DNA from: Elusimicrobiota bacterium
GTDB taxonomy: Bacteria > Elusimicrobiota > Elusimicrobia > UBA1565
Reading direction: 5' to 3'
NCBI GenBank assembly: GCA_043819795.1
Contig: JBDREN010000063.1
Coordinates: 1-35,079, forward strand
Length of the DNA stretch: 35,079 nucleotides
Shown here: positions 16,864 through 25,469 of the stretch, in pieces
Layout: each line of letters opens with the position of its first letter
Numbering within the stretch: the first letter of the stretch is position 1
The notes under the pieces: generated by a model
Told to the model about the DNA's origin: nothing
What the model saw: the letters and a program-made list of their open reading frames with translations, nothing else
The model's database searches: none
Made by a program: the position numbers and the translations under genes

Positions 16864-18075
16864 ATGTCCGCCATAGACATGAGGTCCGCTCTCCGGAAGT
16901 CCGTCGCTTTCCTCTCCTCGATCGAGCTTGGGATCGCGTCGCTTGTCCTCCTGATGATCCTCGTCGTGCTTTGCACGCTCGACCAGGTGAATATCGGGAC
17001 ATTCGGGGCCGTCGAGAAATACTTCCGCAGCTTCTTCCTTTACGGCCGGCTGCCGCTGGCGGGCTGGCGCGTCCCCGTCTTCCCCGGGGGCGCCCTCGTG
17101 GGGGGACTGCTCCTCGCGAACGTGACCGCTTCGGCGGTGGCTCGCTTCCAGCTGCGGCTCTCCAAGACGGGCGTCTGGATGATCCACCTGGGCCTCATGC
17201 TGCTGATCCTCGGCGAGTTCGTCACGGGGGTCTTCTCGGTCGAGACGCAGATGGCGATCGAGGAGGGGGCCTCGCGCGACTACTCGGAGAGCCCGCGCCG
17301 CGCCGAGCTCGTGGTCATTGACGGGTCCGAGGCCGCTCACGACAAGGTGTTCAGCGTCGGCGAGTCCTCCCTGCGCGAGGGCAGGGAATTCCATCATCCC
17401 GCATGGCCGTTCTCTCTGCGGGTGGCTGCCTACTTCTCGAACTCGGCGATCGGCCGCAGGCCGGACAGCGACGCTCTGCCCCCTTCGCGCGCCGACCGGG
17501 GAGCGGGCCGCGATCTGGTGGTGCGGCCCCTGGCCCGCGCGGCGCGAGACGACGTGCGGAACCAGCCCGCGGCCTTCGTCGAGCTGCTCGCCGAAGGGCG
17601 CTCCCTCGGGACATGGCTCGTGGGCAGCGCCCTCGGGCGGCTTGAGACCTTCTCCCATGAGGGGAGGACGTACGCCCTGGGCATGCGTCCGCTCCGGCGC
17701 CACATGCCCTTCACGCTCACGCTCAAGGACTTCCGTCACGACGTCTACCCGGGGACCGAGATACCGAAGAACTTTTCCAGCCGGGTGCGTCTCACGCATC
17801 CCGAGAAGGGCGAGGCCCGGGACGTCCTGATCTACATGAACCATCCCTTGCGGTACCTGGGCAGGACGTTCTACCAGGCCAGCTACGGCAAGAACGACAC
17901 TCTATCGGTGCTCCAGGTCGTCGAGAATCCGGGATGGCTCTTGCCTTATATCGCGTTCATCATGATGGCCCTGGGGCTCGCCTTCCAGTTCACGTTCCAT
18001 CTGCTCAGGTTCCGGCCAGCCGGGGCCAAGGGAGCTGTCGAGCCGGACGCGGCCCGCTCGAGGGGGGGGCGGTGA
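16864..18075 (+). CDS. resB: Cytochrome c biogenesis protein, ResB/CcsB family (system II)
   Basis: N-terminal TMs, conserved IHLGLMLL His, YPGTEIPKNFSS, MNHPLRY..TFYQASY, and a C-terminal TM. The start could instead be ATG 16879. Confidence 0.85.
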   Translation: MSAIDMRSALRKSVAFLSSIELGIASLVLLMILVVLCTLDQVNIGTFGAVEKYFRSFFLYGRLPLAGWRVPVFPGGALVGGLLLANVTASAVARFQLRLSKTGVWMIHLGLMLLILGEFVTGVFSVETQMAIEEGASRDYSESPRRAELVVIDGSEAAHDKVFSVGESSLREGREFHHPAWPFSLRVAAYFSNSAIGRRPDSDALPPSRADRGAGRDLVVRPLARAARDDVRNQPAAFVELLAEGRSLGTWLVGSALGRLETFSHEGRTYALGMRPLRRHMPFTLTLKDFRHDVYPGTEIPKNFSSRVRLTHPEKGEARDVLIYMNHPLRYLGRTFYQASYGKNDTLSVLQVVENPGWLLPYIAFIMMALGLAFQFTFHLLRFRPAGAKGAVEPDAARSRGGR

Positions 18076-19865
18076 AGCGGCTTTTGCCCTGGGTCCTGAC
18101 GGCGGCCGGCGCGCTCTACGCGTTGACCGGGATCCGGGCTCCGGGAGACGGCGGGACCGGGGCCTTCGGCGGGCTCCCGGTGCTGCACAACGGGCGGGTC
18201 AAGCCCATGGACAGCGTCGCCCGGAACGCGCTGCTGACGCTCCGCGGCAAGCAGTCCGTCCGGGAGGAAGGCGTCCGGCTGGACGCGGTCTCGTGGCTGC
18301 TCGAGCTGATGGCGCGGCCGGACGCGGCGGACGAGCGCAAGGTGTTCCGTATCGACGACCCCGACGTGCTCGGCCTGCTGGGCCGCAGGGCGGGGCGGCG
18401 GCGGTACTATTCCTTCGCCGAGCTTAGGCCGCAGCTGGAGGAGATCGAGAGTCAGTCGCACCGGGCCGAAGGCGTGCAGGCGCAGCTTCGCACCCGCTTC
18501 GAGGCGAGCGTCGTCAATCTCTACCGTCAGCTGTCGCTATACCATCGCCTGAAGAACACGCTGCGCCTGGCCGAGACCGAGGACTTCGGCGGCGAGCTGC
18601 GGGAGTTCGAGGGGCTGCTCGCCGACAACGATCGGCTCGTGAAGGCGGCCGGCTTTTTCGGGCGCTACGGCTTTCTCGCCGACATCGCCTACTTCCGTCC
18701 CCTGCCGCCCCGCGCGGGCGAGGACCCCGGCTCCTGGGTCAGCGTGGGGGAGGGGCTGCTGGGCGCGGCGCACGACGGGGGCCTGCGTCCCGGGGTCCGC
18801 GCCTACGCGGAGATGCTCGACGCGTTCCGCGCGGGCGACATGGAGGCTTTCGGCCGGCGCGTCGAGGGCTTCGAGCGTCTCTTGGCGGAGCGCTCTCCTG
18901 CCGCGGCGGCGAAGGCGCGCCGCGAGGCCCTGCTCAACCGGCTCCAGCCGTTCGCCAAGGGGATGCTCCTCTACGTGGCGGTCTTTCTGCTAGGGTGCCT
19001 TTCCTGGCTGGCGTGGACGGGCCCGTTGCGGCGCTCGGCCTTCGCCCTGCTCGTGCTGGCTTTCGGCATCCACACGCTGGGGATGGCGGCGAGGATGGTT
19101 CTGGAGGGCCGCCCTCCGGTCACGAACCTCTACTCCTCGGCCGTGTTCGTCGGATGGGGGGGCGTGCTCCTGGGGCTCGTCCTCGAGCGGCTCTACCGGC
19201 GCGGCGTCGGCTCGCTGACGTCCGCGGCGGTCGGCTTCTGCACGCTGCTGATCGCGCACCACCTGTCCGTGGGCGGGGACACGCTGGAGATGATGCAGGC
19301 GGTCCTGGATTCCAACTTCTGGCTGGCGACGCACGTGATCACCATCACGCTCGGCTACAGCTCCGTGTTCCTGGCCGGCGCGCTCGCTCACGTCTACCTG
19401 GTCGGAAGGCTGACGGGCCGGCTCGGCAAGGACATGGGCAAGGAGCTGGCCCAGATGACCTATGGGATCGTCTGCTTCTCGCTTCTGTTCAGCTTCATCG
19501 GGACCGTGCTGGGCGGGATCTGGGCCGACCAGTCCTGGGGGCGCTTCTGGGGATGGGACCCGAAGGAGAACGGCGCGCTGTTGATCGTCCTTTGGCAGGC
19601 GCTGATCCTGCACTCCCGGTGGGGCGGGCACATCCGTGAGCGCGGGCTCATGGTGATGGCCGTGTTCGGGAACATCCTGACCGCGCTGTGCTGGTTCGGC
19701 GTCAACATGCTGGGCGTCGGCCTGCATTCCTACGGGTTCATGGACAAGGCGACTTTCTGGCTGGCCGCCTTCACCGCTTCGCAGCTGGCGGTCATGGGAA
19801 CGGCCGCGCTGCCCTCCGGATGGCTCGGGGGCATGTCCGTCGCGGGAGATAAGCGGGAGCGATGA
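18072..19865 (+). CDS. ccsA: Cytochrome c biogenesis protein CcsA/ResC with extended periplasmic domain
   Basis: WWD motif GGIWADQSWGRFWGWDPKE, GLHSYG, WLATHV, NGRVKPMDS. GTGA overlap with resB gives start 18072. Confidence 0.92.
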   Translation: MKRLLPWVLTAAGALYALTGIRAPGDGGTGAFGGLPVLHNGRVKPMDSVARNALLTLRGKQSVREEGVRLDAVSWLLELMARPDAADERKVFRIDDPDVLGLLGRRAGRRRYYSFAELRPQLEEIESQSHRAEGVQAQLRTRFEASVVNLYRQLSLYHRLKNTLRLAETEDFGGELREFEGLLADNDRLVKAAGFFGRYGFLADIAYFRPLPPRAGEDPGSWVSVGEGLLGAAHDGGLRPGVRAYAEMLDAFRAGDMEAFGRRVEGFERLLAERSPAAAAKARREALLNRLQPFAKGMLLYVAVFLLGCLSWLAWTGPLRRSAFALLVLAFGIHTLGMAARMVLEGRPPVTNLYSSAVFVGWGGVLLGLVLERLYRRGVGSLTSAAVGFCTLLIAHHLSVGGDTLEMMQAVLDSNFWLATHVITITLGYSSVFLAGALAHVYLVGRLTGRLGKDMGKELAQMTYGIVCFSLLFSFIGTVLGGIWADQSWGRFWGWDPKENGALLIVLWQALILHSRWGGHIRERGLMVMAVFGNILTALCWFGVNMLGVGLHSYGFMDKATFWLAAFTASQLAVMGTAALPSGWLGGMSVAGDKRER

Positions 19866-20329
19866 GCCAACCCGGGAAACGAGCCCCCGAGCTCTGCGAC
19901 CTGCGTTCGATGGAGGGCGAGCACCGCATGCTCGAGGACCTGCTCCGGCGCCATCAGGAGGCGCTGGTCGGCTTCGAGTTCTCGAGCGCGCTCGCCGAGC
20001 TCGAGGAGTTCGCGAGGCGCCTGCGCCGCCACATGGCGCTCGAGGAGAAGGTCCTGATCCCCGCCTACGCCGGGCTCGCGGATCTGCCGCGCGCGGGCCA
20101 GCCGGGTTTCTTCGTGGACGAGCACCGGAAGATCGAGGCCCGGATCGAGGCGATCCTGACCGCGGCCCGCAGCCTGAGCGCCGGCTCCGGGACCCGGGGC
20201 GCGGTCGTCTCCCTGCTCGAGCGGGAGATGCGGGTAAAGACCCTGCTCGAGCACCATCAGAGCCGCGAGGAGACGACGCTCCTGCCGCGGCTCGAGCGGC
20301 ATCTCGGCCGGGGCGGCCCCCCTTCCTAG
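19862..20329 (+). CDS. Hemerythrin (HHE) domain protein, 155 aa
   Basis: H...RHMALEE...EH...HHQSREE di-iron ligand pattern; ATGA overlap. Confidence 0.8.
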   Translation: MSQPGKRAPELCDLRSMEGEHRMLEDLLRRHQEALVGFEFSSALAELEEFARRLRRHMALEEKVLIPAYAGLADLPRAGQPGFFVDEHRKIEARIEAILTAARSLSAGSGTRGAVVSLLEREMRVKTLLEHHQSREETTLLPRLERHLGRGGPPS

Positions 20330-20333
20330 GCGG

Positions 20334-20864
20334 ATGAGAGCGCGCGTCTTGCCGTGCGCGGCGGTCGTTTTGTTGATTCTCTCCGCGTCCGGCCTCATGG
20401 CCGAGAAAGGACCGGGCGCCGGAACGCCGGCGCCGAAATCGCCTTCCGCGTCGACCTACCGGGGCGCCGCCAAGTGCAAATGGTGCCACATCGACGAGTT
20501 CATGACCTGGGAGAAGACCAAGCACGCCCGGGCCTTCGAGGCGCTGCTGGGCGACGAGAAGGAGGATCCGGAGTGCGTCGGGTGCCACAGCACCGGCTTC
20601 GGCGAGGGCGGCTACGGGATGGGCGGGCCGGAGGGGGAGAACAGGAGGTTCCTGGGCGTCCAGTGCGAAGCCTGCCACGGCCCGGGCCGCGCGCACGTCA
20701 GGGCGCCGAGCGCGGACACCATCACGAGGACACCCGCGGGCTGCGCCCGGTGCCATGACGCGCACCGGGAGTGCGCGTCCCGCCCCCACGGGGCGGGACG
20801 CGGGAATAGGAGGGGGCAGAGCCATCGCCCCTCGCTTGAGCGGCCCCCCGCGGGGGGCCGCTGA
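20334..20864 (+). CDS. Periplasmic tetraheme cytochrome c (c554-like)
   Basis: Signal peptide; CKWCH, CVGCH, CEACH (GVQCEACHGPG), CARCH. Confidence 0.88.
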   Translation: MRARVLPCAAVVLLILSASGLMAEKGPGAGTPAPKSPSASTYRGAAKCKWCHIDEFMTWEKTKHARAFEALLGDEKEDPECVGCHSTGFGEGGYGMGGPEGENRRFLGVQCEACHGPGRAHVRAPSADTITRTPAGCARCHDAHRECASRPHGAGRGNRRGQSHRPSLERPPAGGR

Positions 20865-20949
20865 CTCTACCACGGGAAAGGACGAGAAACAGGAGGGGAA
20901 GGAACCATCGCCCCCCTACTTGAGCGGCCCCCGCGGGGGGCCGCTGACT
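20808..20949. repeat. Two direct copies (period 83 bp) of a ~59-bp double-hairpin unit between convergent operons
   Basis: AGGAGGGG..CCATCGCCCC..CTTGAGCGGCCCCC(C)GCGGGGGGCCGCTGACT at 20808-20866 and 20891-20949. Confidence 0.75.
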
Positions 20950-20961
20950 TGGGGCCGCCGA

Positions 20962-22317
20962 TTATTTCTTGGGCTTGGCGATCCCGTACTCTTTGAGCTT
21001 GCGCCAGAGGGTGTTGCGGCCGATCTTGAGCCGCTTGGCGGCCTCGCCCTGGTTCCCGCCGCAGGCGTCGAGCGTCGTCAGGATGTGCTCCTTCTCGACC
21101 TCGCGCAGAGGGCGGACCGCGTCCCCGCCGAACCCGGCGGACCGGACCTCGGGCGGAAGGTCCTCCGGCCGGATCTCCTCGCCGGCGGCGAGGATCACGG
21201 CCCGCTCGACCGCGTGCTCGAGCTCGCGGACGTTGCCCGACCACCGGTAGCCCAGGAGCGCCTTGGCCGCCTCCGGCGAGAAGCGGTGGGCCCGCCCGCC
21301 GTGCTTGCCGCGGGCCACCTTCAGGAACTGCTCCGCCAGCGGGAGGGTGTCCTCCGGGCGGTCCCGCAGCGGCGGGATGACGATGGGGAAGACCTTGAGC
21401 CGGTAGTAGAGGTCGTCGCGGAAGGAGCCCTTCTCCATCTCCTTTTTGAGGTCCCGGTTGGTGGCGGTGACGATCCTGGCGTTGACCTTGATGTTCCGGT
21501 TCTCACCGACGCGACGGACCTCGCCCTGCTGGAGCGCCCGCAGGAGCTTGACCTGGAGCGCCGGCGCCATCTCCCCGATCTCGTCCAGGAAGAGGGTCCC
21601 GTCGCGGGCCTCCTCGAAGAGCCCCCGCTTGTTCGCCACGGCCCCGGTGAAGGCGCCGCGGGCGTGGCCGAAGAGCTCGCTCTCCAGAAGGCCCTCGGGA
21701 AGGGCCCCGCAGTTGACGGCCACGAAGGGATGGTTGCGGCGGCCGCTCGACGAGTGGATGGCGCGCGCGATGAGCTCCTTGCCCGTCCCCGACTCTCCTT
21801 CGATGAGCACTGAGGCGTCGGTGGCCGCCACCTTGCGCACCAGGTCCAGCACGCGGTGGAACGACGGGCTCGCGTAGACGATGTTGTCGAAGCTGAACTT
21901 CCCGCGCACCTGGGCGCGCAGATGCTCGACCTCGCGCAGCAGCCTGCGGCGCTCGAGGGCCTTGTTCACCGAGATGGCCAGGGCCTCGGGCTCGATCGGC
22001 TTGGTGAGGTAGTCGAAGGCGCCGGACTTCATCGCGCGCACGGCCGAGTCGATCGTCCCGTGGCCGGTGATCATGATGACCTGAGCCTCCGGATTGCGCC
22101 GCCGCGCCTCCTCGAGGACCTTGAAGCCGTCAACCCCCGCCATCTTGAGATCGGTGATGACGAGGTCGAAGTTGCGTCTGGCCATCGCCGCGACGGCCTC
22201 CCGCCCTCCGGGCACGCTCGTGACCTGCAGCCCGAGGCGCTTGAGCTCCAGCGTGAGCACGGTCCTCAACGAGGTGTCGTCTTCTGCGAAAAGCACGGTG
22301 GTGGCGCCCGTCATCAT
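20962..22317 (-). CDS. sigma54-dependent response regulator (NtrC/AtoC/ZraR family bEBP), 451 aa
   Basis: Receiver (AEDD, TDLKM, TKP), Walker A GESGTGKE, GAFTGA, LFLDEIGE, NVRELE, and Fis-type HTH LKIGRNTLWRKL. The real start 22317 overlaps the kinase stop. Confidence 0.95.
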   Translation of the reverse strand: MMTGATTVLFAEDDTSLRTVLTLELKRLGLQVTSVPGGREAVAAMARRNFDLVITDLKMAGVDGFKVLEEARRRNPEAQVIMITGHGTIDSAVRAMKSGAFDYLTKPIEPEALAISVNKALERRRLLREVEHLRAQVRGKFSFDNIVYASPSFHRVLDLVRKVAATDASVLIEGESGTGKELIARAIHSSSGRRNHPFVAVNCGALPEGLLESELFGHARGAFTGAVANKRGLFEEARDGTLFLDEIGEMAPALQVKLLRALQQGEVRRVGENRNIKVNARIVTATNRDLKKEMEKGSFRDDLYYRLKVFPIVIPPLRDRPEDTLPLAEQFLKVARGKHGGRAHRFSPEAAKALLGYRWSGNVRELEHAVERAVILAAGEEIRPEDLPPEVRSAGFGGDAVRPLREVEKEHILTTLDACGGNQGEAAKRLKIGRNTLWRKLKEYGIAKPKK

Positions 22318-23939
22318 CCCTCCCTGTCGGTCGGCAGGACGATCGAGAAGCGCGCGCCGCTTCCTGGCGCGCTCTCGATGAGGATGTGGCCGCCGTGCGC
22401 CGAGACGATGCGTTCGGCGACGGCGAGCCCCAGCCCCGTTCCCTGCTGTTTCGTGGTGTGGAACGGCTCGAAAATCTTCGTCCGCGATTCCTCCGGGACG
22501 CCCGGGCCCGTGTCCGAGACGCGGAGGACCGCCTCTCCCTCCTCCATCCCGGTCGAGATCGCGAGGAGTCCCTTCCCGCCCATGGCCTGCAGCGCGTTCA
22601 TTACGACGTTCCACAGGACCTGGCGGAGCTGGTCCCCGTCGAAGGGGAAGGGCGGCAGGGCCTTGTCCAGGCGTTCCTCGATGCGCACCTTGCCGAGCAG
22701 CTTGGGGTCGGAGCGGATCATGCGCAGGACCTCCCGGATCGACTGGTTCAGGTCCTGCTTCTCCAGGCGCAGGCCGCGCGGCCTCGCGTACTGGAGGAAC
22801 TGGTTCAGGGTGTCGTTGAGGCGCTTGCTCTCCTTGCGGATCACGGCGAGGAGCGTCCCGCGCTCCTTGGCGGGGAGCTCGGCGTGGGAGATCGAGCTGG
22901 CCGCGGTGACGATCGAGCCGAGCGGGTTCCGGATCTCGTGGGCGACGACCGCCGCCATCGAGCCCATGGCCGCCAGCGACTCGCTCTTGGCCAGGAGCCT
23001 CTGCATCCGCTCCTGCTCCGCGACGTCCACGGCGTTCGACACGAAGCCGACGATCTCGCCGCGGGCGTCGCGGACCGCGGTGATCGAGAGGATGACGGGG
23101 ACCTCGGCGCCGTTTTTCGTCCGGTTGACCACGCGGCCCCTCCAGAACCCCTTGGAGGGATCGAGGATGTCCCGCCACAGGCGCTTGTAGAGGTCCTGGC
23201 TCGTCTGCTGCGAGCGCACGATGCGGGGGCTGCGCCCGACGGCCTCTTCCCGCTTGTAGCCGAAGCGCTGGATGAAGGCGTCGTTGACGTCGAGGATGAT
23301 CCCGTTGCGGTCGGTGTAGAACATGTAGTCGTTGGAGTTGCGGAAGCCCTGGTAGAAGGCCAGGGCCTGCCGCTCGAGCTGGCGCTGGGCGGTCAGGTCG
23401 CGGCCGATGCCGAGCAGCCAGACCTTGTCGGCGATGCGCATGGGGGTATTGCGGATCTCGACCTCCAGCCGCGAGCCGTCCTTGCGGAGGAAAGCGCCCA
23501 CCCGGGTGGCGGAGCCTGTCCGTAGGGCCTCGTCGAACAGGCGCCGGGCCTCGGTCACCTCCTCGGGCGAAGCCAGCAGGTCGAAGTAGCTGCGCCATAG
23601 CAGCTCCTCGCGCCGGTACCCGAGCAGGCGACAGGCCGCCAGGTTGACGTCCATGATGTTGCCGGAGTCCGGGTCCCGCAGGAAGATCATGTCCGCCGCC
23701 GTGTCGAAAAGCTGCCGGTACTGCCTCCGCCTCTGCCGCATTCCACGGAGCAACGGGTCGATCTTGAGGCGGAAGATGGCTCCTCCGAGCAGGATGACGA
23801 GCAGCGCGGCCGACGCGGTCACCGCGGCGGCCTTGACGAGCGGAGCCCCTCGCATGACGTAGGCGGCCGCGCCGATGGTGACGAGGGCGACTGCCGCTAG
23901 GCTCGCGATCAGGTAGGCCAGTTTTCTGCGTTCATTCAT
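22314..23939 (-). CDS. Membrane-anchored two-PAS sensor histidine kinase (NtrB/AtoS-like), 541 aa
   Basis: Two N-terminal TMs, two PAS domains, AHEIRNPL, NALQA, DTGPG, GTGLGL. Confidence 0.93.
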   Translation of the reverse strand: MNERRKLAYLIASLAAVALVTIGAAAYVMRGAPLVKAAAVTASAALLVILLGGAIFRLKIDPLLRGMRQRRRQYRQLFDTAADMIFLRDPDSGNIMDVNLAACRLLGYRREELLWRSYFDLLASPEEVTEARRLFDEALRTGSATRVGAFLRKDGSRLEVEIRNTPMRIADKVWLLGIGRDLTAQRQLERQALAFYQGFRNSNDYMFYTDRNGIILDVNDAFIQRFGYKREEAVGRSPRIVRSQQTSQDLYKRLWRDILDPSKGFWRGRVVNRTKNGAEVPVILSITAVRDARGEIVGFVSNAVDVAEQERMQRLLAKSESLAAMGSMAAVVAHEIRNPLGSIVTAASSISHAELPAKERGTLLAVIRKESKRLNDTLNQFLQYARPRGLRLEKQDLNQSIREVLRMIRSDPKLLGKVRIEERLDKALPPFPFDGDQLRQVLWNVVMNALQAMGGKGLLAISTGMEEGEAVLRVSDTGPGVPEESRTKIFEPFHTTKQQGTGLGLAVAERIVSAHGGHILIESAPGSGARFSIVLPTDREG

Positions 23940-24030
23940 CGGGACCCAACGGCCGTGGAAAGGTTATTGCGCGCTTATTGTACTGTTTTGATTTCAATAA
24001 TGGAACATTCGGAGGCTATCGGTCGTTTTT

Positions 24031-24052
24031 TAGGCAGGATTGTTGCTATAAT
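24031..24052 (+). promoter_or_regulatory. sigma54-type -24/-12 site upstream of the rpoN-like gene, overlapping a TATAAT
   Basis: TAGGCAGGATTGTTGCT (GG 24033-34, GC 24045-46); TATAAT at 24047-24052. Confidence 0.6.
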
Positions 24053-24120
24053 ATTAGGAATAAGGGCGGGTGTTTCCCGTGCTTCCGGGGCTTTACACCG
24101 GACAAAAGTTGGAGAGCGAG

Positions 24121-25212
24121 ATGCCTCAGAAACCGACGCTGGCGATGGAGCTGAAGGTGCAGAACTTCCAGCTTCTGCAGGGCCGGCTCACGGCCGCGAA
24201 GTGGCTCTCCATGTCGGAGCCGGAGGTGGTCAAGGAGATCGGCGAGCTCGAAGCGGACCCGCTGTTCCGCGAGATCATGTACGGCTGGACCCAGCAGGGG
24301 CCGATCCTCCGGCGCAGCCGCTGGCCCGCGTCCGCCCTGCATTCCGGTTTCTACGAGCTCAAGGAAGAGATCGCGGCGGGAGGCGACACCGGGGCCATCC
24401 ACGACATCCTCGACGCCAGGACCGACCTGGTGAGGCTCATCCAGCGCGTCGGGGTCGAAGCCTTCGAGCGCTACTTCCTCTACGGCGAGGAGGGCAAGTC
24501 CCTGCCGGAGGTCTGCCGCATCGCCGGGATCAGCGAGGAGGAGGGGCAGCGCATCTTGGACCTCGTGCTCGCCGTGGGGGCGCGCTCGGAGTTCTATCGG
24601 CCGGGCCTGGTCCCCGAAACGTCCGGCATCCGCTATCACTGCATCGCGTCCATCCAGCAGGACCCTCGCGATCCCGAGAACCTGTTCTTCCGGTTCCTTT
24701 CGCCCCACTGGGCGCGAGGGAGGTATGTGGTCCTTTACGACAAGCTGGAGGACTGGAAGAAGCGCAGGAGCCTGAGCGTCGAGGAGCGGCGCCGCCTTCG
24801 CCAGCTGCTCAAGCGAGTGGAGCTGCTCAACATGCGCCAGGACACGCTCTTCCGGATACTCTCGCGCGTGACCACCGAGCAGTCGTCTTACCTCCGCAGC
24901 CGAGAGAGGTCCCGGATGAGGCCGTTGAGCCTCAGGGAGCTCGCCCGGCGCATCAGCGTGGCGCCGAGCACCGTCAGCCGTGCGGTCTCCAACCGCTCGG
25001 TCCTGATGCCGTGGGGAGAGGAGGTGCCGCTCAAACTCTTGCTGACTGGCCAGCGAGTGGTCATCCTCGCGATCCTGGCGGAGTGGCGCGATCAGGGCCG
25101 TTTGGGCAAGGGCGTGACCGACGAGGAGCTCACGCGGCGTCTTGCCCATGAGTCCGGCATCACCGTCTCGCGACGGAGCGTCAACGAGTGCCGCCGGAAA
25201 CTCCTCGGCTGA
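24121..25212 (+). CDS. rpoN: Divergent, short RNA polymerase sigma54 (RpoN-like) factor, 363 aa
   Basis: Region I-like QLLQ..WLSMSEPEVVKEIGELEADPLF; HTH MRPLSLRELARRISVAPSTVSRAVSNR; TDEEL; RpoN-box variant ITVSRRSVNECRR. GGAGAG RBS before ATG 24121. Confidence 0.8.
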   Translation: MPQKPTLAMELKVQNFQLLQGRLTAAKWLSMSEPEVVKEIGELEADPLFREIMYGWTQQGPILRRSRWPASALHSGFYELKEEIAAGGDTGAIHDILDARTDLVRLIQRVGVEAFERYFLYGEEGKSLPEVCRIAGISEEEGQRILDLVLAVGARSEFYRPGLVPETSGIRYHCIASIQQDPRDPENLFFRFLSPHWARGRYVVLYDKLEDWKKRRSLSVEERRRLRQLLKRVELLNMRQDTLFRILSRVTTEQSSYLRSRERSRMRPLSLRELARRISVAPSTVSRAVSNRSVLMPWGEEVPLKLLLTGQRVVILAILAEWRDQGRLGKGVTDEELTRRLAHESGITVSRRSVNECRRKLLG

Positions 25213-25307
25213 GAGCGATTCCTTCCCGATCGCCCCCCCCGGCCGCTATCCCGCTTCATGCGCCGCCTGGGCGGCTAAATCCCCGTCGAGAGGCCCTTCT
25301 GGAAACA

Positions 25308-25324
25308 TTGGCAGTAGTGTTGCA
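25308..25324 (+). promoter_or_regulatory. sigma54-type -24/-12 promoter of the oxidoreductase operon
   Basis: TTGGCAGTAGTGTTGCA: GG at 25310-11, 10 nt, GC at 25322-23. Confidence 0.7.
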
Positions 25325-25469
25325 ATTTAGGTAAAGCGAGCGGATCGGCCCTGCCCCTGCCGCGGAGTCCCAAGGGTAGTCCTGGGTTGAGGCCGGAATC
25401 GCTGGCGCTTGCCAGGCCCCAATACGCCGGTCGGCGGGTGCCAAGTCTTCCCCTGGGGAGTCTAACTTC

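Noticed and set aside
20808..20949. CRISPR array or fluoride riboswitch
   Set aside because: Only two long units and no cas genes. The minus strand has GGCGATGG but lacks the downstream GCTGATGAC element in the right order.
22318..23598. 427-aa N-terminal extension of the response regulator ORF
   Set aside because: Off-frame overlap with the kinase; the real start is the ATG at 22317. The same applies to ORF-track extensions of fusA2, ccsA, korA/B/C, hdrA, the HdrD-like gene and etfB.
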